A stretch of 64,000 nucleotides of DNA from Candidatus Dormiibacterota bacterium (GTDB lineage Bacteria; Chloroflexota; Dormibacteria; Aeolococcales; Aeolococcaceae), in NCBI GenBank assembly GCA_963718525.1, contig OY970355.1:2816001-2880000 (forward strand), read 5' to 3'. The stretch's first letter is position 1. Each line of letters begins with the position of its first letter. Made by a program: the position numbers and the translations under genes. The notes under the pieces are model-generated. The model had not been told where the DNA came from. It saw only the letters and a list, made by a program, of their open reading frames with translations, and searched no databases. Below, piece after piece: positions 54,856 to 64,000 of this stretch.

Positions 54856-57750
54856 CTACTGCCCGGTGTCGACTGCTGCACGGATCAACTCCACCGGGTG
54901 CTGCGCCCGGCGGCCGGTGCCATGCTCGATCTGCTGGCGGCATGACACACCGGTAGCGGCAATCACGGTGTCGGCGTTCTCCGAGTTGACCGCCGGGAAG
55001 AGACGCATCCCGCCGATCTGCATCGACAGATCGTAGTGCTCGGTCTCAAAGCCGAACGACCCAGCCATGCCGCAGCAGCCGGCATCGAGCTCGACCACAG
55101 TCGCGCCAGGGATCCTGGACAGCAGTCGCACCGTGCGCGACGTCCCGGTAAGCGCCTTCTGATGGCAATGGCCGTGGAAGAGGAATCGCCGGCCCGCCAA
55201 TGGCGACGCCGGATCCATGCGGAGGTGGCCCGCGTCGATCGCGTCGAGAAGCAGCTCGTCCACGAGCCGTACCTGACGAGCGACCAGCTCTGCGTCGGGA
55301 TTCCCCGGCTGCAGCGCGATGTGCTCCTCAGCGAGCGTGAGGATGCACGATGGTTCGACGCCGACGATCAGCGCGCCGTCCCGCGCCATCGCGGCCAGGC
55401 ACCGCGTCATCGCCTGCGCGGCGCGGGACGCGTCATCGAGGCGGCCCTTGGAGATCGCGGCTCGCCCGCAGCACTGATTCCCGATCAGCTCGACCTGCCA
55501 TCCGGCAAGCTCGAGCAGTTCCACGGCTGCAATCCCGATACCCGGTTCCGTGAAAGTCGTGAATGAGTCGGCGAGCATCGCAACGCGTCCGAGCGATCCT
55601 GAACGTCGAGGTTCGCGGCCCGCATGCCAGCGAAGCAGCGTGCGCCGTTGGAATCGCGGCAGTGGCCGCCGCCGGCTGATCCCGAGCACGCGTTCCATAA
55701 GCGCACGCGATCCGGGCAGCGACGTGGCCCGGTTCGAGAGGGGCGCGAGCGCAGACCCCAACCGGTTGACCCGGCGCGCTGCTGCAAAGAACCGCGCACG
55801 CCGCGGGACGCCGTGAATTCCCTGGTACTGAAAGAGAAACTCGCTCTTCATCGAAGCCATGTCCACACCAAGCGGGCATTCGCTCTTGCACGCTTTGCAC
55901 TCCAGGCAGAGGTCGAGAATGTCGTGCAAACGGTCGTCGCCGAGTGCGCCCCGCGGATCCGGTTGCGACAGCGCGAACACCAGCGCATTGGCGCGGCCGC
56001 GGGTGCTGTGCTCCTCCTCGCGAGTCGCCATGTACGACGGGCACATCACACCGGTGGATCCCTTGCGACAGAGGCCGATGTTCATGCATCGATCTGCCGC
56101 GCCGCGCATTCCACCCGTGCCGGCGAATGAGAGACGTGTCGAGAGGGCGAACGTGGGAGGCAGGGCAACATCGCGGATGTTCTCGGTCATCGGCGGCGCG
56201 TTGACGATTTTCCCCGGATTCATCAGCGCGTTGGGGTCGAAGAGCTGCTTCACCTCGCACATCGCGCCGTAGAGCTCCTCACCGAAGACGATGCGGTTGA
56301 ACTCGCTCCGCGCGAGCCCATCGCCGTGCTCGCTGGAATTGGCACCGCCGAATTCGGTGACCAGGTCACGGATCTCCTCGGCGACGACACGCATGGTGGC
56401 GAGCTCGGCGGGCCGAGTGAGATCCATGAAGGGGCGGATGTGGAGGCATCCGACCGAGCAGTGACCGTAGAACCCTGCCGACAGGCCGTGTCGCTCGAGC
56501 ACGGCGGCGAAGCGCCGGACGTATTCCGGGAGACGCGCGGGGTCCACTGCCGTGTCCTCGATGAATGCGATCGGCCGGCGCGTGCCCTCACTGGCAGCCA
56601 TGAGCAGCCCCAACCCCGCAGACCGGACCTTGAGCAACGCGGATTGCTGCTGCGGCGTCGTCGCTCTGAGCGTGTGATAGCCATGACCGTGGCGCTCCCA
56701 GAGTTCGGCGAGCCGATCCACGCCTGCAGCGGCTTCGGCTGCGCTGTCGCCGTCGAAGGTGACGAACAGGAGCGCGCCGGGATCGCCCTCGAGGATGGAA
56801 CCCAAGGCCGCGTATTCGATCTTCCGACGCGAGAGTTCGAGGATGGTGCGGTCGATCAGTTCCACCGCACTCGGGCTTAGGCTCAGCGCATCGTCGGTGG
56901 CGGCAACAGCGTCGGTGACCGACGCGAAATGGCCCACCGCGATCGCCTTGGCGTTCGGCAGGGGAACCAGTCGCACCGTGGCCTCCGTCACGATGACCAG
57001 GGTCCCTTCGGAGCCGACCACGAATCGTGCCAGGTTGAAGGGGGGCTCTCCGGCAAGACGGTCGAGCCGGTAGCCGCCGGCACGGCGCCAGTACTGCGGA
57101 TAGCCGTTGGCGATCGCGCCGCGATGCTCCTCGACCATCGCGGGCAGCTTCTCGTGAATCCGTCGCTCGAGGCTGTCCACTGTGCCGTGTGACCGCGCGA
57201 CGTCGAGCTGTCCCAGTGTCGCGACGCTTGCATCGCTGAGCACGACGTCGAGCTCCTCGACGTGATCGATGGTCATGCCGTGGACCACCGATCCGCTGCC
57301 TGCGGAGTTGTTGCCGATCATGCCGCCGATCGTCGCCCGGTCGCTCGTGGACGTATCAGGGCCGAAGAGCAGGCCGCGCTGGCGTGCCGCGCTGTTGAGA
57401 TCGTTCTGCACGACGCCGGGTCCAACCCGTGCGGTGCGGTTCTCCGCGTCGAGCGCAATGATTTTGTCCATGTGGCGTGACGTGTCGATGATCACCGCAC
57501 GACCGACGGTCTGACCCGCCAGGCTCGTACCCGCGCCTCGGGGCAGCATTGGTACTCGGAGGCGGGCGCAGACGTCAACCGCAGCCGCGACATCGGCCGC
57601 ATCGCGCGGGAAGACGACCGCGAGTGGCTCGATGCTGTACATGCTGGCGTCGCTGGAGAACAGGTGTCGCGTGTACGCATCCGCTCGCACCTCGCCGGCC
57701 ATAGCGGAGCGAAGCTCCATCTCGAGCTCGCCGAGGGGCGCAGCGTCCAC
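54856..57750 (-). CDS. FAD-binding and Fe-S-binding oxidoreductase (YdiJ / D-2-hydroxyacid dehydrogenase type)
   Basis: RGAGTSLAGQ, ATIGGMIGNN, GSEGTL, SSEHGDG, MCPSY, CLECKACKSECP, CCG motifs; the true start may be GTG 57820. Confidence 0.93.
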   Translation of the reverse strand: MDAAPLGELEMELRSAMAGEVRADAYTRHLFSSDASMYSIEPLAVVFPRDAADVAAAVDVCARLRVPMLPRGAGTSLAGQTVGRAVIIDTSRHMDKIIALDAENRTARVGPGVVQNDLNSAARQRGLLFGPDTSTSDRATIGGMIGNNSAGSGSVVHGMTIDHVEELDVVLSDASVATLGQLDVARSHGTVDSLERRIHEKLPAMVEEHRGAIANGYPQYWRRAGGYRLDRLAGEPPFNLARFVVGSEGTLVIVTEATVRLVPLPNAKAIAVGHFASVTDAVAATDDALSLSPSAVELIDRTILELSRRKIEYAALGSILEGDPGALLFVTFDGDSAAEAAAGVDRLAELWERHGHGYHTLRATTPQQQSALLKVRSAGLGLLMAASEGTRRPIAFIEDTAVDPARLPEYVRRFAAVLERHGLSAGFYGHCSVGCLHIRPFMDLTRPAELATMRVVAEEIRDLVTEFGGANSSEHGDGLARSEFNRIVFGEELYGAMCEVKQLFDPNALMNPGKIVNAPPMTENIRDVALPPTFALSTRLSFAGTGGMRGAADRCMNIGLCRKGSTGVMCPSYMATREEEHSTRGRANALVFALSQPDPRGALGDDRLHDILDLCLECKACKSECPLGVDMASMKSEFLFQYQGIHGVPRRARFFAAARRVNRLGSALAPLSNRATSLPGSRALMERVLGISRRRPLPRFQRRTLLRWHAGREPRRSGSLGRVAMLADSFTTFTEPGIGIAAVELLELAGWQVELIGNQCCGRAAISKGRLDDASRAAQAMTRCLAAMARDGALIVGVEPSCILTLAEEHIALQPGNPDAELVARQVRLVDELLLDAIDAGHLRMDPASPLAGRRFLFHGHCHQKALTGTSRTVRLLSRIPGATVVELDAGCCGMAGSFGFETEHYDLSMQIGGMRLFPAVNSENADTVIAATGVSCRQQIEHGTGRRAQHPVELIRAAVDTGQ

Positions 57751-57826
57751 GGCGTCGTTCAGCCCTGCTGGGGAGCGATCGACGGCGTGGATTCCGATCG
57801 AGATGGCAGCCTCAACTCACGACGTC

Positions 57827-59047
57827 TCACCGGACGACACCTGCATCTCGCAGTGCCGCGATGTCCTCTGCCGTGTACCCGAACTCCCCAAGAACTTCAT
57901 CGGTGTGCTGGCCGAGCGCGGGCGGTGGACGGCGCACGGTTGCGGTGTACTGAGAGAGCTTGATCGGAGACCCCGTCATGCGCAAAGTCCCCGCAGTGGG
58001 GTGCCGGGCGGTGAGCACCATGTCACGCGCCTGCACCTGGGGATGCGCGAGCGCGGCATCGACAGCGTTGATGGCGCCGGCGGGAATGCCGACGCCGGCC
58101 AGCTCCTCGGCCCATGCGGCTGAACCCCTGGCGGCGAGCGCATCCTCGATCAGCGGTATCAGCGCGGTGCGATTCGCAACCCGCTGCGGATTGGTGACGA
58201 AGCGAGGATCATCGACCAGTTCAGGGAGGCCGATGAGCGGCGCGAACCGCTGCCAGAGCGTGTCATTGCCCACCGCGACCATGAGGTGACCGTCGGCGGT
58301 GCGAAGTGCTTGGTACGGGACGATGCTCGGATGCGCCGACCCGTAGCGCCGCGGGATTTCACCGGATGCGAAGTAGCCCCCTGCGAGGTAGGTCAGCGAT
58401 GCGATCTGTCCATCGAGCAGTGAGATGTCGATCCATTCGCCGCGGCCTGTGGTGTGGCGCGCATGCAGGGCCGCGAGCATGCCGATGGCAGCCCACATCG
58501 ATGCACCGAGGTCGGCCGCGGAGTTGCCGACACGCACCGGTTCGCCGTCGGCTTCGCCCGTGACGCTCATCAGGCCGCCCAGTGCCTGCGCGATGGCGTC
58601 GTAGCCCGGCTCCGAAGCATACGGACCGGTCTGCCCAAACCCTGAGATGGACGCATAGATCAATCCCGGGTTGCGCGCGCTCAGGTCGTCGTAGCCGAGC
58701 CCAAGCCGCCCGGCTGTTCCGGGACGGAAATTCTCGACGACGATGTCGGCACGGTCGGCGATGCGCAGCGCGATCTCGCGTCCCTGCGCGCTTTTGAGGT
58801 CGACGGCGATGCCGCGCTTGTTGCGATTCACTGAGAGGAAATACGCGGACTGATCGCCCTGGTACGGCGGCGCCCACTCTCGCGTGTCGTCACCGGTGCG
58901 TGGATTCTCGAGCTTGATGACATCGGCGCCGAGGTCTGCAAACACCATCGTCGCAAACGGCCCGGAGAGAATCCGTGACAGGTCGAGAATGCGGACACCT
59001 GCAAGCGGACCGGATGACGGCGACGGCTGCGGGATGTGAGAGTCCAT
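57827..59047 (-). CDS. CaiB/BaiF family III CoA-transferase
   Basis: PLAGVRILDLSRILSGP, NRNKR, ENFRPG, ISGFGQTGP, GYD, P.LGQHT. Confidence 0.95.
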   Translation of the reverse strand: MDSHIPQPSPSSGPLAGVRILDLSRILSGPFATMVFADLGADVIKLENPRTGDDTREWAPPYQGDQSAYFLSVNRNKRGIAVDLKSAQGREIALRIADRADIVVENFRPGTAGRLGLGYDDLSARNPGLIYASISGFGQTGPYASEPGYDAIAQALGGLMSVTGEADGEPVRVGNSAADLGASMWAAIGMLAALHARHTTGRGEWIDISLLDGQIASLTYLAGGYFASGEIPRRYGSAHPSIVPYQALRTADGHLMVAVGNDTLWQRFAPLIGLPELVDDPRFVTNPQRVANRTALIPLIEDALAARGSAAWAEELAGVGIPAGAINAVDAALAHPQVQARDMVLTARHPTAGTLRMTGSPIKLSQYTATVRRPPPALGQHTDEVLGEFGYTAEDIAALRDAGVVR

Positions 59048-59059
59048 CGAGCAATGCCC

Positions 59060-59815
59060 CTAGGACAGCACGCCGACGTAGAGCTTGACGACCTCGTCAT
59101 TGTGGAGGAGGTCCTGGCCTCTGCCCTCGAGGCGGTTCCTGCCGAGCACGAGCACGTATGCCCACTGCGCGTGGCGCAGGGTCTCGCGGGTGTTCTGCTC
59201 CACCACGACGACGGCGACGTTGGTGGCACGCACCTGCTCGATGCGCTCCCACACGGCACTCTGGAACTTCGGGGAGAGACCGGCGGAAGGCTCGTCGAGC
59301 AGCAGCACGGCCGGGTCCACCATGAGCCCGCGGGCCATCGCGAGCATGGTGCGCTGGCCGCCGCTCAGGGTCTCCGCGTGGCGGCGGTGCGCGATCTTCA
59401 AATCGGGGAAGAGCTGGTAGAGCTCCTCAGCACGTTCTCGTAACCCATGCTTGCGGCTGTACCCGCCCATCTCCAGGTTCTCCTGGACGCTCAGTTGCGG
59501 AAAGACGTTGGCCACCTGCGGCACATAGGCAATGCCTCGGCGCACGAGCTTCTCTGAAGGCAATCCCGTGGCGTCGCGGCCCTCGACGGCGACGGTGCCC
59601 GCCTTTGCGGTGATCACACCAGCGATGGCTTTGAGCAGCGTCGACTTCCCGGCCCCGTTGGGGCCGACGATGGCGGTGATGGCACCACGATGCGCGCCGA
59701 TGCTGACGTTCTCGACAATCGGCGGTCCCCCGTACCCGGCCGTGAGGCCTTCCACGTCGAGCGCCGCGACGGTGGCCGTCGCCATCGGTGCGGGATCAGG
59801 CGTCAGCGTCGTCAT
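59060..59815 (-). CDS. Branched-chain amino acid-type ABC ATPase (LivF-like)
   Basis: GPNGAGKS, LSGGQR, LLDEPS, VEQN. Confidence 0.93.
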   Translation of the reverse strand: MTTLTPDPAPMATATVAALDVEGLTAGYGGPPIVENVSIGAHRGAITAIVGPNGAGKSTLLKAIAGVITAKAGTVAVEGRDATGLPSEKLVRRGIAYVPQVANVFPQLSVQENLEMGGYSRKHGLRERAEELYQLFPDLKIAHRRHAETLSGGQRTMLAMARGLMVDPAVLLLDEPSAGLSPKFQSAVWERIEQVRATNVAVVVVEQNTRETLRHAQWAYVLVLGRNRLEGRGQDLLHNDEVVKLYVGVLS

Positions 59816-60584
59816 AAGTTGGCATCTCTCCGAGATAGGCGTCGACGACAGCGGGGTTACCGCGCAATTGGTCGAATGGTCCTTCAGCGATCACGTGACC
59901 CTCGGCCATCACGACGACCTGGTCAGTGACTCGCTCGATGAACGGGAGGTTGTGCTCGACGATAACGACGGACGTTCCCGCCGTGACAAAGGCGAGCACA
60001 GCCGTGGCCATGCGCTCGCCAAGAACCGGGTTGACGCCGCCCATCGGTTCGTCGAGGATCACCAAACGTGGCGCTGCCATTCGGATTCTCCCGAACTCGA
60101 GAAGCCGCTTCTGGCCGCCGCTCAGGTTGCCCGCGCGCTCGTTGCGGAGGTGCAACAGTCCGAACTCGTCAAGGATGGCGCGGGCCTGGAGCAACTGATC
60201 GTTGGCACGCTCCTTCTCTGCTCGCGACGGCCCGCGCAGTGACCGCCAGAAGCGCTCGCGCCGCGGCTCGAAACAGGCGAGGATCAAATTCTCCAGAACA
60301 GTCAACCCCGGCCACTCCCGTGGACTTTGGAAGGTCCTGATCAAGCCCATCCGCGAGATGACGTGGGGCGCCTTCCCCTGGACCTCCTTGCCTTCAAACC
60401 GGACGCTGCCGGTGTCCGGTACTTTGAAGCCCGAGATGAGGTCGATCGCGGTGCTCTTGCCGGCGCCGTTGGGGCCGATCAACCCGGTGATCTGTCCTTC
60501 TTCCGCCGTGAATGAGCAGGCGTTCACCGCCTGCACACCGCCGAAGTGCTTGTGCAGCCCCTGTACCTCGAGGAGCGCTGTCAT
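59796..60584 (-). CDS. Branched-chain amino acid-type ABC ATPase (LivG-like)
   Basis: KHFGG, GPNGAGKS, RTFQ, LSGGQK, LDEP, VEHN, AYLG. Confidence 0.93.
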   Translation of the reverse strand: MTALLEVQGLHKHFGGVQAVNACSFTAEEGQITGLIGPNGAGKSTAIDLISGFKVPDTGSVRFEGKEVQGKAPHVISRMGLIRTFQSPREWPGLTVLENLILACFEPRRERFWRSLRGPSRAEKERANDQLLQARAILDEFGLLHLRNERAGNLSGGQKRLLEFGRIRMAAPRLVILDEPMGGVNPVLGERMATAVLAFVTAGTSVVIVEHNLPFIERVTDQVVVMAEGHVIAEGPFDQLRGNPAVVDAYLGEMPTYDDADA

Positions 60585-61594
60585 GCCGCGCCGGTGTCGA
60601 GCGATGGTCCCGTGATGGCGGTCTCGACGGCGACGGCCGCCCCCCCTTTCCCGGCGGCATCCTTGTCGCGCATGCGTCGTTCGGGAAGCAGGCCCTGGGG
60701 CCGGAACCTGATGAACAGCACCAGCACGATGCCGGTGAGGATCAACCGAAACGCCGGAGCGTAGCTTGGTTGGCTCGAGATCTCCGGCAGGTATCGCGTC
60801 GCCTCCTGCAGGCCCATAACCATGACGGCGACGCCGAGGATGACGCCGCGGTTGCTGCCGCGACCGCCAACGAGAATCGCGGCATACAGGACGATCGTTT
60901 CCACCGGCGACCATGCCGACGGATTGAACGCGCTGAGGTAGCCCGCGAAGAGCGCCCCGCCTAACCCGCCGATACCGGCGCCGATGACGTACGCCTTGAG
61001 CTTCATCGCGTAGATGTTGCGTCCGAACGCAGCCGCGGCTCGCTCATCCTCCCGCAGGCTGCGCAGCGCAAGGCCGAACCGGCTGCTGCTCAGCCGCGTG
61101 ACCATGACGAGCACCACCACGAGCACCACGACACACAGGCCGAGGTAGAAGAACGGATACGCCGTGAAATCGAGGCCGAGGACATCACCCATCGGGTCGA
61201 ACAGACCGGAGAGTCCGTTGTAGCCGTTGAAGAGGGGCACGAACTGCCCTGCAAAGACGTACAGCACATACACGGCGCCGAGCGTGACGATCGAAAAGTA
61301 GATGCCACGCAGATGGCGCAGCGCGATCGCCCCGACGACGAGCGCGAGCAGCATTGCGCTGACGACAGCGATGGCAACGGCAATTGGAAACGGGAGTGTG
61401 AGACCGAGGATGTACTGCGTCGGAGAGCTCGCGGGTCCGATCGTCAGCACCAGGGTCATGTAGGCGCCGAGCGCGACATAGCCGTAAAACGCCAAGTCGA
61501 AATCGCCCGACCACCCCCAGATGATGTTGAGCCCCAGCGCCATGATCGCGAAGATCGTGCCCTCGGTGAGGACTGAGACCAGGTAGTCGATCAT
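60581..61594 (-). CDS. ABC permease (LivM-like)
   Basis: ALGLNIIWG, LRGIYFSIVTL, SLREDE.AA.AFG. Confidence 0.92.
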   Translation of the reverse strand: MIDYLVSVLTEGTIFAIMALGLNIIWGWSGDFDLAFYGYVALGAYMTLVLTIGPASSPTQYILGLTLPFPIAVAIAVVSAMLLALVVGAIALRHLRGIYFSIVTLGAVYVLYVFAGQFVPLFNGYNGLSGLFDPMGDVLGLDFTAYPFFYLGLCVVVLVVVLVMVTRLSSSRFGLALRSLREDERAAAAFGRNIYAMKLKAYVIGAGIGGLGGALFAGYLSAFNPSAWSPVETIVLYAAILVGGRGSNRGVILGVAVMVMGLQEATRYLPEISSQPSYAPAFRLILTGIVLVLFIRFRPQGLLPERRMRDKDAAGKGGAAVAVETAITGPSLDTGAA

Positions 61595-62472
61595 TCGAAG
61601 ACGCTCCGCCTCCCGCCGACGAAGAGGCCCCGAGGACGCACGAGTATCACGAGCGACAGAATTGCGAATGCGAATGCCAGGTTGTAGCTGGCGCTCACGT
61701 AGCCCCCGAAGAACTCGAGCGCGATGCCCACGATGATCCCACCGACCAGTGTGCCCACCGCCTTGCCGAGGCCGCCTGCCACCGCTGCCGTCAGCGTGAT
61801 CAGGAAGAAGCTGAAGCCGGAATACGGGCTGAAGGTGCCCACGCTCTCAGCGAGGATGAAGCCGGCATAGCCTCCGATCAGCCCGGCAAGCAGCCAGGTG
61901 AGTGCGGCGACCCGGTTGGCATTGATCCCGGAAACCCGCGCCAGTGAGCGGTTCTGCGACACCGCGCGCAACGACTTGCCGAAGCGCGTGTGCTGGATGA
62001 TCACGTAGAGGAGCGCGGTGATCACCACCGTCGAGACCATGATCTGGATCTCGGTGTCGGTCCACAGGAAGGGGCCGACTGTCCGGGGCGCTCCCTGCGG
62101 CACCGAGTAACCGAGGTTGGACGCGCCGAAGATGATGACCAGCACGTTCTGAATCACCAGCGAGACTCCGAGCGTGGCGATGAAGGTCGGCAGCCCGCCG
62201 ATGCCCTTGCGCACGAACCTGTCGACGACGCCGTTGTGAACCGCGAGCGCGAGTGCCCCGCCGCCCGCCGCCGCGGCGAGTCCCGAAAGGATCACGCCGC
62301 CGCCGTGCTGCTGGACCAGGTACGCGCAGTAGGCCCCGACGGTGAGGATCTCACCGTGGGAGAGGTTGGCGACATTCGTCACTGAGTACTCGAGCGTGAA
62401 GGCCAGTGCCGACAGCGAGAGAATCGCCGCGGCGACCAGCCCAAAGCCGAGCGTGAGCAGAGCCTCGTGCAC
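61591..62472 (-). CDS. ABC permease (LivH-like)
   Basis: NLSHGE, TRFGKSLRAVSQN..LA..SGIN, GGLG, RPRGLF. Confidence 0.92.
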   Translation of the reverse strand: MHEALLTLGFGLVAAAILSLSALAFTLEYSVTNVANLSHGEILTVGAYCAYLVQQHGGGVILSGLAAAAGGGALALAVHNGVVDRFVRKGIGGLPTFIATLGVSLVIQNVLVIIFGASNLGYSVPQGAPRTVGPFLWTDTEIQIMVSTVVITALLYVIIQHTRFGKSLRAVSQNRSLARVSGINANRVAALTWLLAGLIGGYAGFILAESVGTFSPYSGFSFFLITLTAAVAGGLGKAVGTLVGGIIVGIALEFFGGYVSASYNLAFAFAILSLVILVRPRGLFVGGRRSVFE

Positions 62473-62527
62473 TAGAGCGATTCTCCAACGATTTGACGGC
62501 GCGGCGCGAGACGGTCGGGGACGGGAC

Positions 62528-62562
62528 GGGGGCAGCGCACAGCGGGTGGGCGCGCCGCCCCC
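62528..62562 (-). other. Intercistronic hairpin after the substrate-binding gene
   Basis: GGGGGCGGCGC...GCGCTGCCCCC stem on the - strand; typical position for an mRNA-stabilising or attenuating hairpin. Confidence 0.5.
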
Positions 62563-62568
62563 GAAGCG

Positions 62569-63876
62569 TCAGGGAGTCGCTGCGGCAAGGGCCGTCGCTG
62601 TCAGGAGAGCGATCTGCACCTCAGCCCCGGTGCTGGCATCGGCCTGGAATGCCCCGTACGGGCCGAAGACGTTGTTGAAGGCGTTGTAGATGAGGTCGCC
62701 GCTGGCCCCGTCCATCTTGATCTTGGTTCCGGCCTTGATGCCCGCGAGACACGCCTGGTATGTGTCGCACGGGGTGCCGGGCGGATTCGTCACCGCCTTC
62801 ATGTCGGCGATGACGGCCGGGCCGTCGGTGGTACCCGCCTTGTCCATGGCCAGCGCGAGGCTCAGGACGGCGTCGTATGCGTAGTTCGCGCCGGCGATCG
62901 GCTGGGCATTGGCACCGTTCTGGGCGGCGAAGGCTGCGGCGAAGTTGTCCGCCGCGGCGCCGGTTGCGTTGGTCCCGTAGATCGACACGAGGTGGGAATG
63001 TGCGACGGGGTACGTGATCGCCTTGAGGTAGTCATTGCCGCTCGTCACGTCGGTCCCAACGATCGGAATCGCGAGGTTGTCCAGCTCCTTGAAGTTCTGG
63101 AACATGACCGCTGCGGTCTGCGGATCGAGCTGGGTGAAGATCACGTCGGGATGCGCGGCGATGATCTGCTGCACCTGCGTGAGATAGGAGGTCTGGCCGG
63201 GCGCGACCGTGATGTTGGACACGATCGTGTTGCCGAACTTCTGCCATGTCGCCGTGATCGGCTTGGGGATGGTCTGCTGCGCGATGTCCGACGAGAACAG
63301 CAGCGCCGCGGTCTTGTAGCCCTTCTGCTGAGCGTACAGCGCCATCGCGACACCGAGCTGCGAGTCGGACGGGCTATCCCGCCAGAGGTAGGGGTTGCTG
63401 TTCTTGTCGAAGGCCGTGCTCCCGCCCTGGAACTCCGTCGGGATCTTGGCTGCGCTCACGATCGGCGCCACCGCGGCGATCTCCTGCGTCTCCGGCCCGA
63501 TGATGCCGCTCACGCTGTCTGCCGAGAGGAGCTGTCGCACCGCCGGGACCGCATCGGCTTCATCGCACTGGGTATCGGCGTGGCTGAGGTCAAGCTGCTT
63601 CCCGAGCACGCCACCGTTGTCGTTGATGACCTTCTGCGCCACCTGTGACCCCTGCAGCATCGCCTGCCCGAGGACCGCAAGCGGACCTGTGAAGCACGAG
63701 AGAACGCCGAACGAGACATGGCCCGCGCTGTCGGTCTTGATGGTGCCGCCGCTGGAGCTTCCAGATGGGCTGGTGCTGCTGCCGCAGGCAGCGACAACGA
63801 TTGCCACCGCGATACCGGTAAGCAGGCGTTTGGGTGCACGTGTCTGTCTGACCCGAGCCAAGGCTGTCGGCGACAC
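62569..63876 (-). CDS. ABC substrate-binding lipoprotein (LivK/LivJ-like)
   Basis: Lipobox VAAC, TGPLA.LG, INDNGGVLG, YAYDA, GASG. Confidence 0.93.
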   Translation of the reverse strand: MSPTALARVRQTRAPKRLLTGIAVAIVVAACGSSTSPSGSSSGGTIKTDSAGHVSFGVLSCFTGPLAVLGQAMLQGSQVAQKVINDNGGVLGKQLDLSHADTQCDEADAVPAVRQLLSADSVSGIIGPETQEIAAVAPIVSAAKIPTEFQGGSTAFDKNSNPYLWRDSPSDSQLGVAMALYAQQKGYKTAALLFSSDIAQQTIPKPITATWQKFGNTIVSNITVAPGQTSYLTQVQQIIAAHPDVIFTQLDPQTAAVMFQNFKELDNLAIPIVGTDVTSGNDYLKAITYPVAHSHLVSIYGTNATGAAADNFAAAFAAQNGANAQPIAGANYAYDAVLSLALAMDKAGTTDGPAVIADMKAVTNPPGTPCDTYQACLAGIKAGTKIKMDGASGDLIYNAFNNVFGPYGAFQADASTGAEVQIALLTATALAAATP

Positions 63877-64000
63877 TGTCCAACCTCCGATCAGCGGCCC
63901 AGGTAAGGGCCGTCCCCGATACTGGGGCGCAGTCTGCTCCGCGGTGGATAACTATGTCAATGGGTCGGTGGGTAGTCCAATTTTTGCGCGATAATCCACG

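Overview
High-GC bacterial chromosome segment of about 60 genes. The GAAC-N4-GTTC SOS box, frequent leaderless starts and gene content point to a Terrabacteria lineage (Actinomycetota, Chloroflexota or Dormibacterota); the taxon cannot be fixed from sequence alone. Core and metabolic genes include lon, secG, tRNA-Leu(CAG), mutY, malQ/glgX, a UvrD-family helicase, a DyP peroxidase, an LldD-like dehydrogenase, pip, two-component systems and a Liv-type ABC + CoA-transferase + FAD/Fe-S oxidoreductase operon. The most notable region is about 3.0-12.9 kb, next to an intact tyrosine integrase whose ORF runs into tRNA-Leu. It holds a compact, apparently uncharacterised regulon: a STAND-ATPase/LuxR regulator plus four copies of a 28-bp motif, each 21-22 bp upstream of a -10 box, in front of four transcription units. 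One target is a small ~100-aa DUF4242-like gene, and a homologue sits beside a second STAND-LuxR gene at ~41 kb. Three frameshifts and one substitution at a conserved Gly share the context CGAGTTC, suggesting a systematic, possibly methylation-driven, sequencing error at CGAGTC. No CRISPR array or rRNA was seen. All family assignments come from recognising motifs by eye, not from database searches.
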